From positions 1 through 33,887 of the IMG/VR virus record IMGVR_UViG_2740892429_000002: DNA of 33,887 nucleotides. One strand, 5' to 3'. Positions 1-8,410 of the stretch are shown one piece after another; the stretch's first letter is position 1, and the number at the start of each line of letters is the position of its first letter. Made by a program: the position numbers and the translations under genes. A model generated the notes under the pieces. That model searched no databases, was not told the origin of the DNA, and saw only the letters and a list, made by a program, of their open reading frames with translations. Source of the DNA: a virus. Lineage: Duplodnaviria > Heunggongvirae > Uroviricota > Caudoviricetes.

Positions 1-264
1 ATGCTTGATAGGATGTACCGTTTTTGAAAAACAACTAGTTATACACTTTGTGGGAGCCTATTGGGAACCTGCCATTCTTAGAAAGCATCATTTGTCCATC
101 ACTTCAATTGACCATGATTAAAGCCAGCTATAAACTTGACAAACAAGGTAACTGGTTGCTTAGGCTCAAGTGGGCACACCATAAGAAGCTCATGTTGGTG
201 ATGAAGCGACCCATGAAGTATCGAGAATAATTACAAAGTTCACTATCTTTTTGAGGTTTCTTAT

Positions 265-837
265 ATGTTTTGCGAAGAAAAAGTAGCTCAAATGGCTGCA
301 TACCTACTTCTTAAGCGAGGTGGGCGCATGGCATATCTGAAACTGATGAAGCTGCTCTATCTGTCTAACCGCAAGTCGATTTTGAAGCATGGCAGGATGA
401 TCGGCGAAGATAGCCTTTACTCTATGAAATTTGGACCAGTCATGTCGAATACGCTGAACTTGATTCGTGGTAAGGCTGAAGGCATTGGTGACTACTGGTA
501 CAACTTGATAGAGACGAACGGGCATGATGTGTTGTTGCGTTCAGATCCGAGGGAAATGGATGCAGACGAGGTCTTTGATGAGTTGAGCCGTGCAGATATC
601 CGGATTTTAGATGAAATCTATTCTCTGTATGGGCATATGAACCGATTTGATCTCGCAAACATGACGCATTTAGAAAGCGTTTGTCCAGAGTGGCACGATC
701 CCGGCTATTCCCGTAAGCCTATAGATCTGAAAGAAATGCTGATCAGTGAGGGTAAAAGCGAGGATGAGGCTAATCATATAATTGGCAAAATGGAAGAATC
801 TCAGAAACTTAAGGAATTTTCTTTGCAATTATCATGA
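265..837 (+). CDS. DUF4065/Panacea-domain protein (SocA/GepA-like), putative antitoxin
   Basis: 190-aa ORF with GAGG about 8 nt upstream of ATG. N-terminal motif AAYLLLKRGGRMAYLKLMKLLYLSNRKSILKHG...MKFGPVMSNTL matches the DUF4065 (COG3600) signature as I recall it. Stop overlaps the next start (ATGA). Confidence 0.65.
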   Translation: MFCEEKVAQMAAYLLLKRGGRMAYLKLMKLLYLSNRKSILKHGRMIGEDSLYSMKFGPVMSNTLNLIRGKAEGIGDYWYNLIETNGHDVLLRSDPREMDADEVFDELSRADIRILDEIYSLYGHMNRFDLANMTHLESVCPEWHDPGYSRKPIDLKEMLISEGKSEDEANHIIGKMEESQKLKEFSLQLS

Positions 838-1253
838 CGGATTATCAGCCATACAGGAAAGGAACTGTGCTTGCCCCAACAGGGCCATGCAATCATCTTC
901 ATGTGATTTGTAATGATCCTGTTTATTACCCCGTTAACGATTGTTATTGTGTTTTAGTTGTTAATATTTCTAGTATCAAGGATGGTGTCCCCCACGATCC
1001 GTCTTGCGTCTTGAATTCTGGTGATCATCGCTTTATCAAGCATCCAAGTTATGTTGTTTACGCTGAAGCTATAATTTGGCGAGTGGATAACATGGTTAGA
1101 AAGCAGCGATCGGGTGAGATTTCTGTTCATGATGATATGCCAGAAGCTACATTCAATAGAATTCTGGACGGTTTTGATATATCTGATGAAGTTACGCCAA
1201 AGAACCTTAAATTTAAAAATAAATATTGCGTATCATCTATTGATGATGAGTAA
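834..1253 (+). CDS. hypothetical protein, translationally coupled partner of the Panacea-domain gene (putative toxin/effector)
   Basis: 139-aa ORF whose ATG overlaps the upstream stop by 4 nt (ATGA) with no SD of its own. No family recognised; Cys/His-rich N-terminal half (GPCNHLHVICND...CYCVLVV). Confidence 0.5.
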   Translation: MTDYQPYRKGTVLAPTGPCNHLHVICNDPVYYPVNDCYCVLVVNISSIKDGVPHDPSCVLNSGDHRFIKHPSYVVYAEAIIWRVDNMVRKQRSGEISVHDDMPEATFNRILDGFDISDEVTPKNLKFKNKYCVSSIDDE

Positions 1254-1292
1254 ACAACAGGAATTTTTTCGGTATAGCTTCTGGAGTTTTCT

Positions 1293-1466
1293 ATGGAAGA
1301 TCAAAAAGCAACCAAGCCACAGGTTAAGTTCGACACAATGAAAGCATTCGCAGGTATGGGGGCTGCTGTTGAAGTTCTGATGAAGGCTGCTCCTAATGCG
1401 TTCACTCACGCTACTGTCTCTGGTAAAGAGCAGCAGGGTAAGCTTCGTCGTCGCAAAGTAGCATGA
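1293..1466 (+). CDS. small hypothetical protein (57 aa)
   Basis: ATG preceded by CTGGAG about 7 nt upstream, ends TGA about 20 nt before a strong hairpin plus T-run. Too short for the ORF track; translated by hand (MEDQKATKPQVKFDTMKAF...). Confidence 0.35.
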   Translation: MEDQKATKPQVKFDTMKAFAGMGAAVEVLMKAAPNAFTHATVSGKEQQGKLRRRKVA

Positions 1467-1485
1467 TCATAGCTGGTGCTTTTTG

Positions 1486-1512
1486 AAAACCCGCCTTTAG
1501 GCGGGTTTTTTC
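1486..1512. terminator. bidirectional rho-independent terminator between convergent transcription units
   Basis: AAAACCCGCC-TTTA-GGCGGGTTTTTT: GC stem flanked by an A-tract and a T-tract, so either strand gives a hairpin followed by a U-run. Confidence 0.65.
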
Positions 1513-1513
1513 T

Positions 1514-1795
1514 TTAGTGATGTTCTTTGCCCTTCTGTTTGCCTGTTCTGACCTGTTCCCACTCGATACGTCCTTCTTCTCGTCTTTTGTCTATGTATTC
1601 CGCAAGATCCTGAATATTGATGCAACGTTTTGCTTTTTGTGATGTGCCGATGCGATATGTTGGAACGGGCAACTTACAAGCGTTTGCTTTTGCTTCTGCC
1701 GTGGCTGGACTCATGCCAAAGTACTTTTGGCTAACTGCTGAGAGTTCAATGTTAGGGGTATTGAATTCAGCCATCAGTAAAAACAAGGTGTTCAT
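1514..1795 (-). CDS. excisionase-like / PrtN-family small DNA-binding protein
   Basis: Occupies the xis position at the end of the early-left operon. The ATG at residue 10 of the track ORF has GGAG about 8 nt upstream; motif CINIQDLAEYIDKRREEG resembles PrtN/excisionase-like proteins (from memory). Confidence 0.5.
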   Translation of the reverse strand: MNTLFLLMAEFNTPNIELSAVSQKYFGMSPATAEAKANACKLPVPTYRIGTSQKAKRCINIQDLAEYIDKRREEGRIEWEQVRTGKQKGKEHH

Positions 1796-1831
1796 AATTT
1801 TCTCCATCAAAACCGGCTGCACCCGGGAAAA

Positions 1832-2407
1832 TCATAATTCTGTGCTGGTGGCAGGAATTAATTTCTGCCAGATAGCGGAAACATATTTTGCCTGATGACG
1901 GGCATCGGCCAGGGCGTTGTGCCGTTCGCCATCGAAAGTCATGTCTATTTTGGGGTCGAATCCGATGGAACGCCCAAGCGTAACGATCGTGCGTACATCG
2001 TGGTCATTCCAGTATGCCCACGGGCAGATTTGTCCTGCTCGCTCATAAGCTCCACGTAAAATTACGTTGTCGAAGGTGGCCCCGTTACCCCAGACTTTTA
2101 AATATTTCGTATTGGCTGCGTGCCGGTTAATGAAATGATTTAGTTCTGAGAGAGCATCGCTGATCGACAAAGTATCATCAATACAGATTGCAGCTCGTGC
2201 TTCAGGGCTTTGTTTCAACCACCACAGGATGGTATCGCCGTCAGGTGTAGCTCCTTGCCCCATAGCACTTTCCAGGCTAACAACCGTATAGAATTCTTGT
2301 CCGATGTCTCCGGTTTCTGGAGTGAAGAACACCGCGCCAATGGAAACGATCGGTGCATCCTTATTTTTCCCCATCGTCTCAAGGTCGATCATTAAGTTGT
2401 TCATCAC
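1832..2407 (-). CDS. DnaQ-like 3'-5' exonuclease (DEDDh)
   Basis: 191 aa; IDLETMG near the N-terminus and HNALADA near the C-terminus are the exonuclease acid/His motifs. AGGTG RBS; ATG overlaps the upstream stop. Confidence 0.75.
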   Translation of the reverse strand: MMNNLMIDLETMGKNKDAPIVSIGAVFFTPETGDIGQEFYTVVSLESAMGQGATPDGDTILWWLKQSPEARAAICIDDTLSISDALSELNHFINRHAANTKYLKVWGNGATFDNVILRGAYERAGQICPWAYWNDHDVRTIVTLGRSIGFDPKIDMTFDGERHNALADARHQAKYVSAIWQKLIPATSTEL

Positions 2408-3219
2408 TTCACCTCTTGTGATGGTTTTGCTGCAAAATACTCGATACCTTTATCCCAGATAGATTTTATGGTCGACCACGTGACTGGCACTTTAATTTCA
2501 ATACGTCCGCTCCCGTCACAGGTATCGCAATCATCATCGCCAAAGCATTCCAGGCAGCTTATAAACGTAGTTTCTGAAAATTCACCGGATAGCACCCCCT
2601 TAGCGCCGTTCTCGGCTGTTAGTCTCTTCGGCACCATAACCCAACCATCCGGAGTTACCGGAGAGTTGCCAGACAGTGCGTTCTGCAATCGTTCCAGCTT
2701 AACGTATTCCTGAACCCTGTTTCCGTCGCACGCCTGAAGCCATTGCACAGCCTTTTGCGCATCAGTGTGAAAGGCACAAGTGCGACCGTCATCAAATTGC
2801 ATTTCGTAGAGGTCAGCAACCTGTTTAAACTGCGTTTGTGGCAACTTGTAAGCCCGGCTTGCAGGTACGGCACTATAGAGCATGGCAGCGCGGCAGGCAT
2901 TCCAGCCTGTAGCGTATGCAGCCGCTTTGCTGCTGCCTTCAACTGGCGCATCCTGCCAATACATTTCTTCCGGCACTACCGGCGCTGGAGGGACAGTGTA
3001 AAGCTGGTGCGTTCCATCAGGCAGCGAGTGACCTACATACTCACCGAACCCGTCAACACACATGCTCCCATCTTCAATAATGCATGACGCTACTGGCTCC
3101 GCTTCCAGCGATGCCAGAGCAATTTCATAAGCCCGGCGCTCAATATTGTCTCGAACGTCCAGGCTGCCTATGCGTTCTTTGATTTCTTTAATCATTTCTT
3201 TGTCGGTTAAAGTTGTCAT
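2404..3219 (-). CDS. hypothetical prophage protein with Cys-rich C-terminal region
   Basis: 271-aa ORF, GAGGA RBS 7 nt upstream, coupled to neighbours; C-terminal CLECFGDDDCDTCDGSG cluster suggests metal binding. Confidence 0.6.
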   Translation of the reverse strand: MTTLTDKEMIKEIKERIGSLDVRDNIERRAYEIALASLEAEPVASCIIEDGSMCVDGFGEYVGHSLPDGTHQLYTVPPAPVVPEEMYWQDAPVEGSSKAAAYATGWNACRAAMLYSAVPASRAYKLPQTQFKQVADLYEMQFDDGRTCAFHTDAQKAVQWLQACDGNRVQEYVKLERLQNALSGNSPVTPDGWVMVPKRLTAENGAKGVLSGEFSETTFISCLECFGDDDCDTCDGSGRIEIKVPVTWSTIKSIWDKGIEYFAAKPSQEVK

Positions 3220-3222
3220 GTG

Positions 3223-3510
3223 TTAGTCCTCATCCACTTCAACGCCATCTTTCAGCGTGATGCCGTGCCAATCATCAGCCCAACTGGTTAGCCCTGGCGC
3301 ATCAATGCTAGGCATATAAACGCTTGCAGTGTGGTAGCCCTTATCGTTATCAATGCTGGCAACGTGCTCGCCGTTGTATGCGCTCAGCGTGTCCAGGACG
3401 CTATAAAACTTTCCTCCGGCTGCCCTGAAATCCTTTACAGCCTTCACAAGGCGATTCCACGCTTTTTCCTGTTCTGGCGTCAGGTCGATTAATTCCTGCA
3501 AAGTTGCCAT
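3223..3510 (-). CDS. hypothetical protein (95 aa)
   Basis: Start moved to the Met at MATLQELIDL, which has GGAGAG upstream and sits 1 nt after the upstream gene's TGA. Confidence 0.5.
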   Translation of the reverse strand: MATLQELIDLTPEQEKAWNRLVKAVKDFRAAGGKFYSVLDTLSAYNGEHVASIDNDKGYHTASVYMPSIDAPGLTSWADDWHGITLKDGVEVDED

Positions 3511-3511
3511 A

Positions 3512-4297
3512 TCACTCTCCTTTGATGCGAATGCCAGCAAGCCAGTTTCTTATGCCGATATATTCAGCGTTCCTGAAACCGCTTTTTACATATACAAATG
3601 GCAAGCGAAGATTGTGACCATTGGCTGCCAGGTAGTCTTTACAACCCTGTTCGGTGAAACAGCAGGTAACGAATTCATCAATATCTTTCACAGCAACGCG
3701 CCGCCATTTTTCTGGTGGCTCTCGAAAGTTTTCATGAAGTAGTTCGAGACGACGACTTTGGCGTTTATTGGCTTCATTGCCATCTTCATCAACCCAGACA
3801 ATCCGGTCATAGTCATAATCAGCATCAACAACGATTTCGCGCTTTTGATACACACAAAACATAGGGTCTGACGTTATATGATTGTCCTGTGTTCGAATAT
3901 TTTCACCGATGATGCCAAACGAATCTGGTGCAGATTTTGTCTGCAACTCTGCTATGCGCTTACTTCCATCCGCGATTACTCCCTCGTAATACACACGCTG
4001 CTCGTTGAGTTTTGATTTTGTCTCCTCAAGCTCAACTCTCAGCTTCCCTACCGTTAGCGCAATATCCTCGTTCTCCTGGTCGCGGAGTTTGATGTATTGC
4101 TGTTTTTCGTCCAGCTCATCCAACAGCCCGGCGATAATGTCCACTTCCCGATGACGGATTTCTCGCTTAAACGCCGCTAAAGCTGCATCACAATCCTGTT
4201 CAGCGTTTGGACTGTCTGGCTTTTCCTGATACCACGCCAGAGTCGATTGATAGTTTTGTGCTGCCTTACGCAACGCCTGATAGTCAATCTCGCTCAC
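3512..4297 (-). CDS. hypothetical protein with coiled-coil N-terminal half (262 aa)
   Basis: The track ORF (3512..4645) has an implausible Arg-rich N-terminus. A GTG start preceded by AAAGGAGG lies inside it (VSEIDYQALRKAA...) and overlaps the stop of the upstream 82-aa gene. Confidence 0.55.
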   Translation of the reverse strand: MSEIDYQALRKAAQNYQSTLAWYQEKPDSPNAEQDCDAALAAFKREIRHREVDIIAGLLDELDEKQQYIKLRDQENEDIALTVGKLRVELEETKSKLNEQRVYYEGVIADGSKRIAELQTKSAPDSFGIIGENIRTQDNHITSDPMFCVYQKREIVVDADYDYDRIVWVDEDGNEANKRQSRRLELLHENFREPPEKWRRVAVKDIDEFVTCCFTEQGCKDYLAANGHNLRLPFVYVKSGFRNAEYIGIRNWLAGIRIKGE

Positions 4298-4532
4298 TGG
4301 TGCCTCCTTTACGGATCTGCGCTGCGATGCACGAAAAAAAAGACTCTCGCGTATGACAGTTAAGAGCTGGTGCGAACGCCGCGTTAAGAACGGCGGCATC
4401 ACAGCCGTCATCAATATAGAGCGCAATTTTTTTCTCCAGGCGCGCTTTGGCTTCCTGCAACTGCATACCCCGGCACGCACGCGGGATATACTCAGCAATT
4501 TGAGCGATAGATTTTTCGTTCTGTTTAAACAT
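4284..4532 (-). CDS. hypothetical small protein (82 aa)
   Basis: ATG overlaps the stop of the upstream 67-aa gene, and its own stop overlaps the downstream GTG start. Confidence 0.5.
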   Translation of the reverse strand: MFKQNEKSIAQIAEYIPRACRGMQLQEAKARLEKKIALYIDDGCDAAVLNAAFAPALNCHTRESFFSCIAAQIRKGGTSERD

Positions 4533-4728
4533 GCTTCACCTCGATAGGCTTGATGGTATCGATCAGCAGTCGGCGGCGAGTATTTTCTGCAAAGTGGCGG
4601 CGTCCGGTTTCTTTGTGGTAAAACTCGTTTTTTCCGACGACCCACATCCGCTTTGTCTGGTGCAGTTTTTTTACCTGCGGACCGTCTCGGGTGATAACAA
4701 TTCCTGTATGAGTTTTTATCACGCTCAT
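4525..4728 (-). CDS. hypothetical small protein (67 aa)
   Basis: ORF in the coupled early-left operon; 4-nt overlap with the upstream gene end. Confidence 0.45.
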   Translation of the reverse strand: MSVIKTHTGIVITRDGPQVKKLHQTKRMWVVGKNEFYHKETGRRHFAENTRRRLLIDTIKPIEVKHV

Positions 4729-5087
4729 TTTTTATTCTCCGGTGCTTTCGGCATTACTGCCCAGTGAGTGATATTGACGTTTTCAAGGTCCCCGACCTGA
4801 AATGTCCACTGCCATTCTCCGGTTTCTTTTTGTCCCCAGGTGTACCAGAGAGAACGCCAGCCAATTAGCCAGCCTTCTCCGTTAGCATCAAATAACAGAA
4901 CACTTTCATTTGCTGGCGGCAGTTCAGCTGACACTGGTATTATTTTGTTTTCCAGTGCCGCACATTTAGCTTCAAGCGCATCGAATTTACGTACCAGGTA
5001 CTCAGCATTTGTTTCATTCACTTTCAGATCTCGTGGTACACATTTCCCGCGAAGAAACCCTTCCATTTCGAAAACATTCATGCGCAT
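4725..5087 (-). CDS. hypothetical early-left protein (120 aa), YfdS-like by size and position
   Basis: ORF overlapping the upstream HD-domain gene by 10 nt. Size and order match the CPS-53 yfdP-Q-R-S block (recollection only). Confidence 0.5.
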   Translation of the reverse strand: MRMNVFEMEGFLRGKCVPRDLKVNETNAEYLVRKFDALEAKCAALENKIIPVSAELPPANESVLLFDANGEGWLIGWRSLWYTWGQKETGEWQWTFQVGDLENVNITHWAVMPKAPENKK

Positions 5088-5614
5088 GTGCGTAACTCCG
5101 ATAACTCGTTAAAGCGCTCCATAAACATCCCGTAGGCATGGCTCGGAGCCAGTGGAATAACTTTGAACATTTCTGTTGCCGGGATACCTTCCAGTACTGG
5201 CCAGAAAGAGCCATCATCAAGCCCGAGATCGCGGCGTTCGGTTGCCAGCATGATGAGATCGGCATATTTCACAGGCGTGCTCATAACCGGGGGTAACCCG
5301 TATTTCTCACGGATTACGGCGTCTATTTTTTCTTCCATCCGTTTATAGTCAGGAAGAAGGCGTTTCAGTGGAGCGGGAATGTCCTGGCAATACGCTTCTG
5401 TTGCATCATGCATTAACGCTTCAAAAGCAAATTCCTGCGGCACCAGCTGGCTGCAAAGCACCGCATGCTGGGCGACACTGTAGAAGTGTGAAAGATGTCC
5501 TGCAAAGCGACAGATATTTGAAAGGGAAACCGCGATATCGTTAATCACGATGTCGTCTTTATTTATCTTGTCATAATAAAAATGCTTCCCGGAAAAAGTT
5601 TTAATAAATGACAT
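5078..5614 (-). CDS. HD-domain phosphohydrolase (YfdR / 5'-deoxynucleotidase-like)
   Basis: Start set at MSFIKTF (GTGGAG RBS). Motifs ICRFAGH and HDATEAYCQDIP fit the HD metal-binding pattern. Confidence 0.7.
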   Translation of the reverse strand: MSFIKTFSGKHFYYDKINKDDIVINDIAVSLSNICRFAGHLSHFYSVAQHAVLCSQLVPQEFAFEALMHDATEAYCQDIPAPLKRLLPDYKRMEEKIDAVIREKYGLPPVMSTPVKYADLIMLATERRDLGLDDGSFWPVLEGIPATEMFKVIPLAPSHAYGMFMERFNELSELRTCA

Positions 5615-5742
5615 TTCGTTCTCCACTTTATATGCGCTGCACCGCGCTGAATTCGGGTAAAAGGAATCCCGCACCATCCGGCGATTATTGAGTTAATTAC
5701 GTTTCCATAAATGCCCCCGCAGGGGCATTTGCAGTAATGAAA

Positions 5743-6567
5743 TCAGGCGGTGAAAGTACCAATAAAGGTTTCTACTTTGCTGTCTTTGAATTTCTCAACA
5801 AGCAGATCACGAAATTCGTTAGCCATTTCTTCCTGCACTGCTTCCAGCTGAATAATGCGCAGAACCAGTACAGGACGATCGCCAGTGATAATGCTGAGGC
5901 GTAATTTAAATGGACGTTCTTTCAGACCTTCAAACGGAACGCATTTAAATTCAAATGCCACTGGCATAATATCTTTGGTTTTCGCTTCGACAGACTCCAT
6001 CAGGGAGCGTTTGCCGCTGAAGTCATTATCTTCAAAATCAGCGGTCTGGTTTGCTTCAATCGTGATTTTACGGACAGCCGCAGCCGCTTTTGTTGCCTGA
6101 ATAGCGTCACCATTAGCATCAAAGCCCACAAGGTAGTCGGCCCAGTCTTCAATCCATTCTGCCAGTGACTTCTGGGAATGACGCTCGCCGTTAACAGACA
6201 ACAGAGCAGAGAACGGTGCTGTCTTTTTCAGTTTGAGAGTGGCGGTGTTATCTGCGTGACCTGGTTCATCAATAGTACCCAGGTTAAGCACACTGACGGC
6301 TCGCATATTATCGGCATCGATAAAGCAGCGGGTGCCTTCATCTGCAAGATCTTTAGAATAACGGGTAAAGTCATCGATGCTGGCAGTGGAAAGCGCACCA
6401 CGGAAACGGAAGCGATTTAAATTAAATTTTTCCAGATCATGAATGCGGAAATTCTCAGGCAATGCCACAGCATCGGCACCAATCTTACTGATAATTTCAT
6501 TAACACCCTGAGCAGAAATAAGAGCATGGATTTGATTAATTGCGGTTGCGTCTAAGTTCTGAGACAT
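5743..6567 (-). CDS. DUF2303 / YfdQ-like protein
   Basis: 274 aa, GAGGA RBS. The N-terminus [11 protein letters not shown] and the size match my recollection of CPS-53 YfdQ. Confidence 0.6.
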   Translation of the reverse strand: MSQNLDATAINQIHALISAQGVNEIISKIGADAVALPENFRIHDLEKFNLNRFRFRGALSTASIDDFTRYSKDLADEGTRCFIDADNMRAVSVLNLGTIDEPGHADNTATLKLKKTAPFSALLSVNGERHSQKSLAEWIEDWADYLVGFDANGDAIQATKAAAAVRKITIEANQTADFEDNDFSGKRSLMESVEAKTKDIMPVAFEFKCVPFEGLKERPFKLRLSIITGDRPVLVLRIIQLEAVQEEMANEFRDLLVEKFKDSKVETFIGTFTA

Positions 6568-6632
6568 AATAAGTCCTCACTATATAAAGATATTCAGTGA
6601 TGAGATAAATAATCAGTTAATTAAGAACGATA

Positions 6633-6995
6633 TTAATGACCTGCTGCGCGGAGTTTTCCGTCAGGTTCACCGGCAAGAGTCAGTAATTGTCCCTGGTCTT
6701 CCTGCAGAATAGTCAGGCGACCACCGCGATTGACATACATCGGCGTTTCGGTGGTGTCTTCTTCAGAAATTTTCCCGCGGTTAGTCGGGCGAACATATGA
6801 AAGTTTGTGTTTGATTTTCACACGGTTCTCATCAAACGGTTCGATTTCCAGGTTGAGCGAGACCTTACCTTTGGTTTTCGTGTTCATCACACCGGAAGCG
6901 ACTTCACTGAGAACAGCGCCGATTTTGGTTTCAAATACGCCGCCGTCCAGCTCCCCGATAAATGCCTGCACATCAGTACTGCGTTCGCTAGCCAT
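6633..6995 (-). CDS. hypothetical protein (120 aa), first gene of the early-left operon (YfdP-like)
   Basis: The track ORF extends into the leader. The Met at MASERSTDV has GAGGAG 7 nt upstream and gives 120 aa. Confidence 0.55.
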   Translation of the reverse strand: MASERSTDVQAFIGELDGGVFETKIGAVLSEVASGVMNTKTKGKVSLNLEIEPFDENRVKIKHKLSYVRPTNRGKISEEDTTETPMYVNRGGRLTILQEDQGQLLTLAGEPDGKLRAAGH

Positions 6996-7129
6996 TTTGC
7001 TGCTCCTCATCATATCGACCCTGCAAGGTCGGTTGGTTTCTCCACAAAACAGAGAAGAACACCTGCGGTGACTGCCGCCCGGATGGATTGGGTTATGAGC
7101 CCGTCGTCCGGTGATGCTCTTCTCTGTTT

Positions 7130-7178
7130 TGTAAAAAGAGCGGTACCAGCCGGAAGCAAGTGTACAAACTGGTACCGC
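7130..7178 (-). terminator. rho-independent terminator in the early-left leader
   Basis: On the minus strand, GCGGTACCAG ... CTGGTACCGC (perfect 10-bp arms) followed by UCUUUUUAC. Confidence 0.5.
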
Positions 7179-7620
7179 CAAAGCAGTGGCTGTTGTGGTG
7201 ACCGGTGCTGATCTCCGGCTTGCGGTTATTTCAGACTCTCACGGGCGTTTAATTGCCCCGCCGAACAGCTCTTTTCCGCAATAGCTGCAATGTCTTTCGC
7301 GCATCAGCCTGCGCATTCACCACAACGCTGAGAGCACTTAGCCAGTTACGGCACCACACTTTGTCGCGGTTCCATAAATGCCCTCATCGTTGCACCCTGG
7401 TCTCTTCCCAGGCGTCAAACCGAATCGCCACGCTGGTTAGGCGTCTTATCAGCATCCTCATTGACTTGCACATTCCGGCTACCTGGTTTGTCTGCTCGAG
7501 CAAGGAGTGGATTGTCCCCTTTAACGTCCCCAGACCGCTAACGACGCATGTGCCATACGCCGTGTTACAACCAAATTTTGTTAGGACCTTGTTTGTTGGT
7601 CTGGAAAGAAAGATAAAATG

Positions 7621-7662
7621 AAATTGCGTAATGTGCAAGTGTTTTGTTGCGAGATATGCAAT
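7621..7662. promoter_or_regulatory. OL-like operator pair / PL region
   Basis: Two 15-bp sites, TTGCGTAATGTGCAA and TTGCGAGATATGCAA (TTGC-N7-GCAA), 24 bp apart, the same pattern as at OR. Confidence 0.45.
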
Positions 7663-7671
7663 AGCGTGAGT

Positions 7672-7700
7672 AATGAAAAGCCACCTTCTGGTGGCTAATT
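7672..7700 (-). terminator. terminator downstream of the repressor gene
   Basis: On the minus strand, GCCACC-AGAA-GGUGGC followed by UUUUCAUU, directly after the cI-like stop. Confidence 0.55.
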
Positions 7701-7717
7701 GATGTTGAGGTAGGGGG

Positions 7718-8410
7718 TTAATTGTGTCGCTTAAGGGTTTGTGACTGACTGATTAAGACCTTTCCAAAGACCATAAACCGGTGTTCGTTTTCGCTGGTAA
7801 TTCCCCATTCGCGGTAAATCTGATTATCAGAAATTACCAGCAGTTTATCAGGTATCATTTGCAGTCGTTTGACGTAAATTTTATCATCAAAACCAAATAC
7901 ATATATACCATCCCCATCAAACTGATTGATACTGATATCAACGAAGATGAGATCTCCTGGCTCAATGGTTGGACACATACTGTCCCCACGAACGTTGATA
8001 ACTTTAATGTGATTTGCTGGTCGTCCACCAAACATCGATACAGCATTATCAGTTCTGTATTCAATGGCATGAATCACATCAATGACATCACCGCCCTGGA
8101 TAAGGCCATTTCCCGCACTGGCACTGACATCCAGCATTTCAATACGGAATACATCCTTCACCTGCGCAACATCCTCACTAATACTGTTTTTACATACAGT
8201 ATTACTTTTGAGGTCTGAGGTAAAGAGATCAGCAATATCAACACCTAAGCTCCTGGCAATATTACTCAGGGCTTGTTCAGTGAATTGTTTCTGCTTACCT
8301 GTTTCGAGGCGCGAGATATTCGCCGCATCCACTCCTATTGCTTCAGCGAGATCGGCGATTTTCATGTTCTTCGCCTGGCGAAGTTGTCTGACTCGATTTC
8401 CTATGTTCAT
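7718..8410 (-). CDS. cI: CI-like prophage repressor (HTH_XRE plus S24 LexA-type peptidase)
   Basis: 230 aa; N-terminal HTH (IADLAEAIGVDAANISRLETG), C-terminal GDSMCPTI serine motif and KR dyad. Divergent from cro across an operator-rich intergenic region. Confidence 0.9.
   Translation of the reverse strand: MNIGNRVRQLRQAKNMKIADLAEAIGVDAANISRLETGKQKQFTEQALSNIARSLGVDIADLFTSDLKSNTVCKNSISEDVAQVKDVFRIEMLDVSASAGNGLIQGGDVIDVIHAIEYRTDNAVSMFGGRPANHIKVINVRGDSMCPTIEPGDLIFVDISINQFDGDGIYVFGFDDKIYVKRLQMIPDKLLVISDNQIYREWGITSENEHRFMVFGKVLISQSQTLKRHN

Noticed and set aside
48-230. 60-aa plus-strand ORF at the extreme left
   Set aside because: No RBS, odd composition, and it lies in the AT-rich promoter-like region upstream of the Panacea gene; more likely noncoding.
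3512-4645. Full 377-aa extent of the track ORF
   Set aside because: The N-terminal 116 residues are Arg/Lys/Cys-rich and overlap two well-supported coupled small genes in other frames; a GTG start with a strong SD at 4297 is far more plausible.
7130-7141. boxA-like CGCTCTT strings as evidence of lambda-type nut sites (also near 9726)
   Set aside because: Both occurrences sit within terminator stems or U-tails, where such sequence arises by composition; without an adjacent boxB-like hairpin the assignment is not supported.
7384-7638. 84-aa minus-strand ORF in the early-left leader as an N-like antiterminator
   Set aside because: Its start lies inside the predicted OL operator, there is no SD, and there is no Arg-rich motif at the N-terminus; retained only as a remote possibility in the leader finding.
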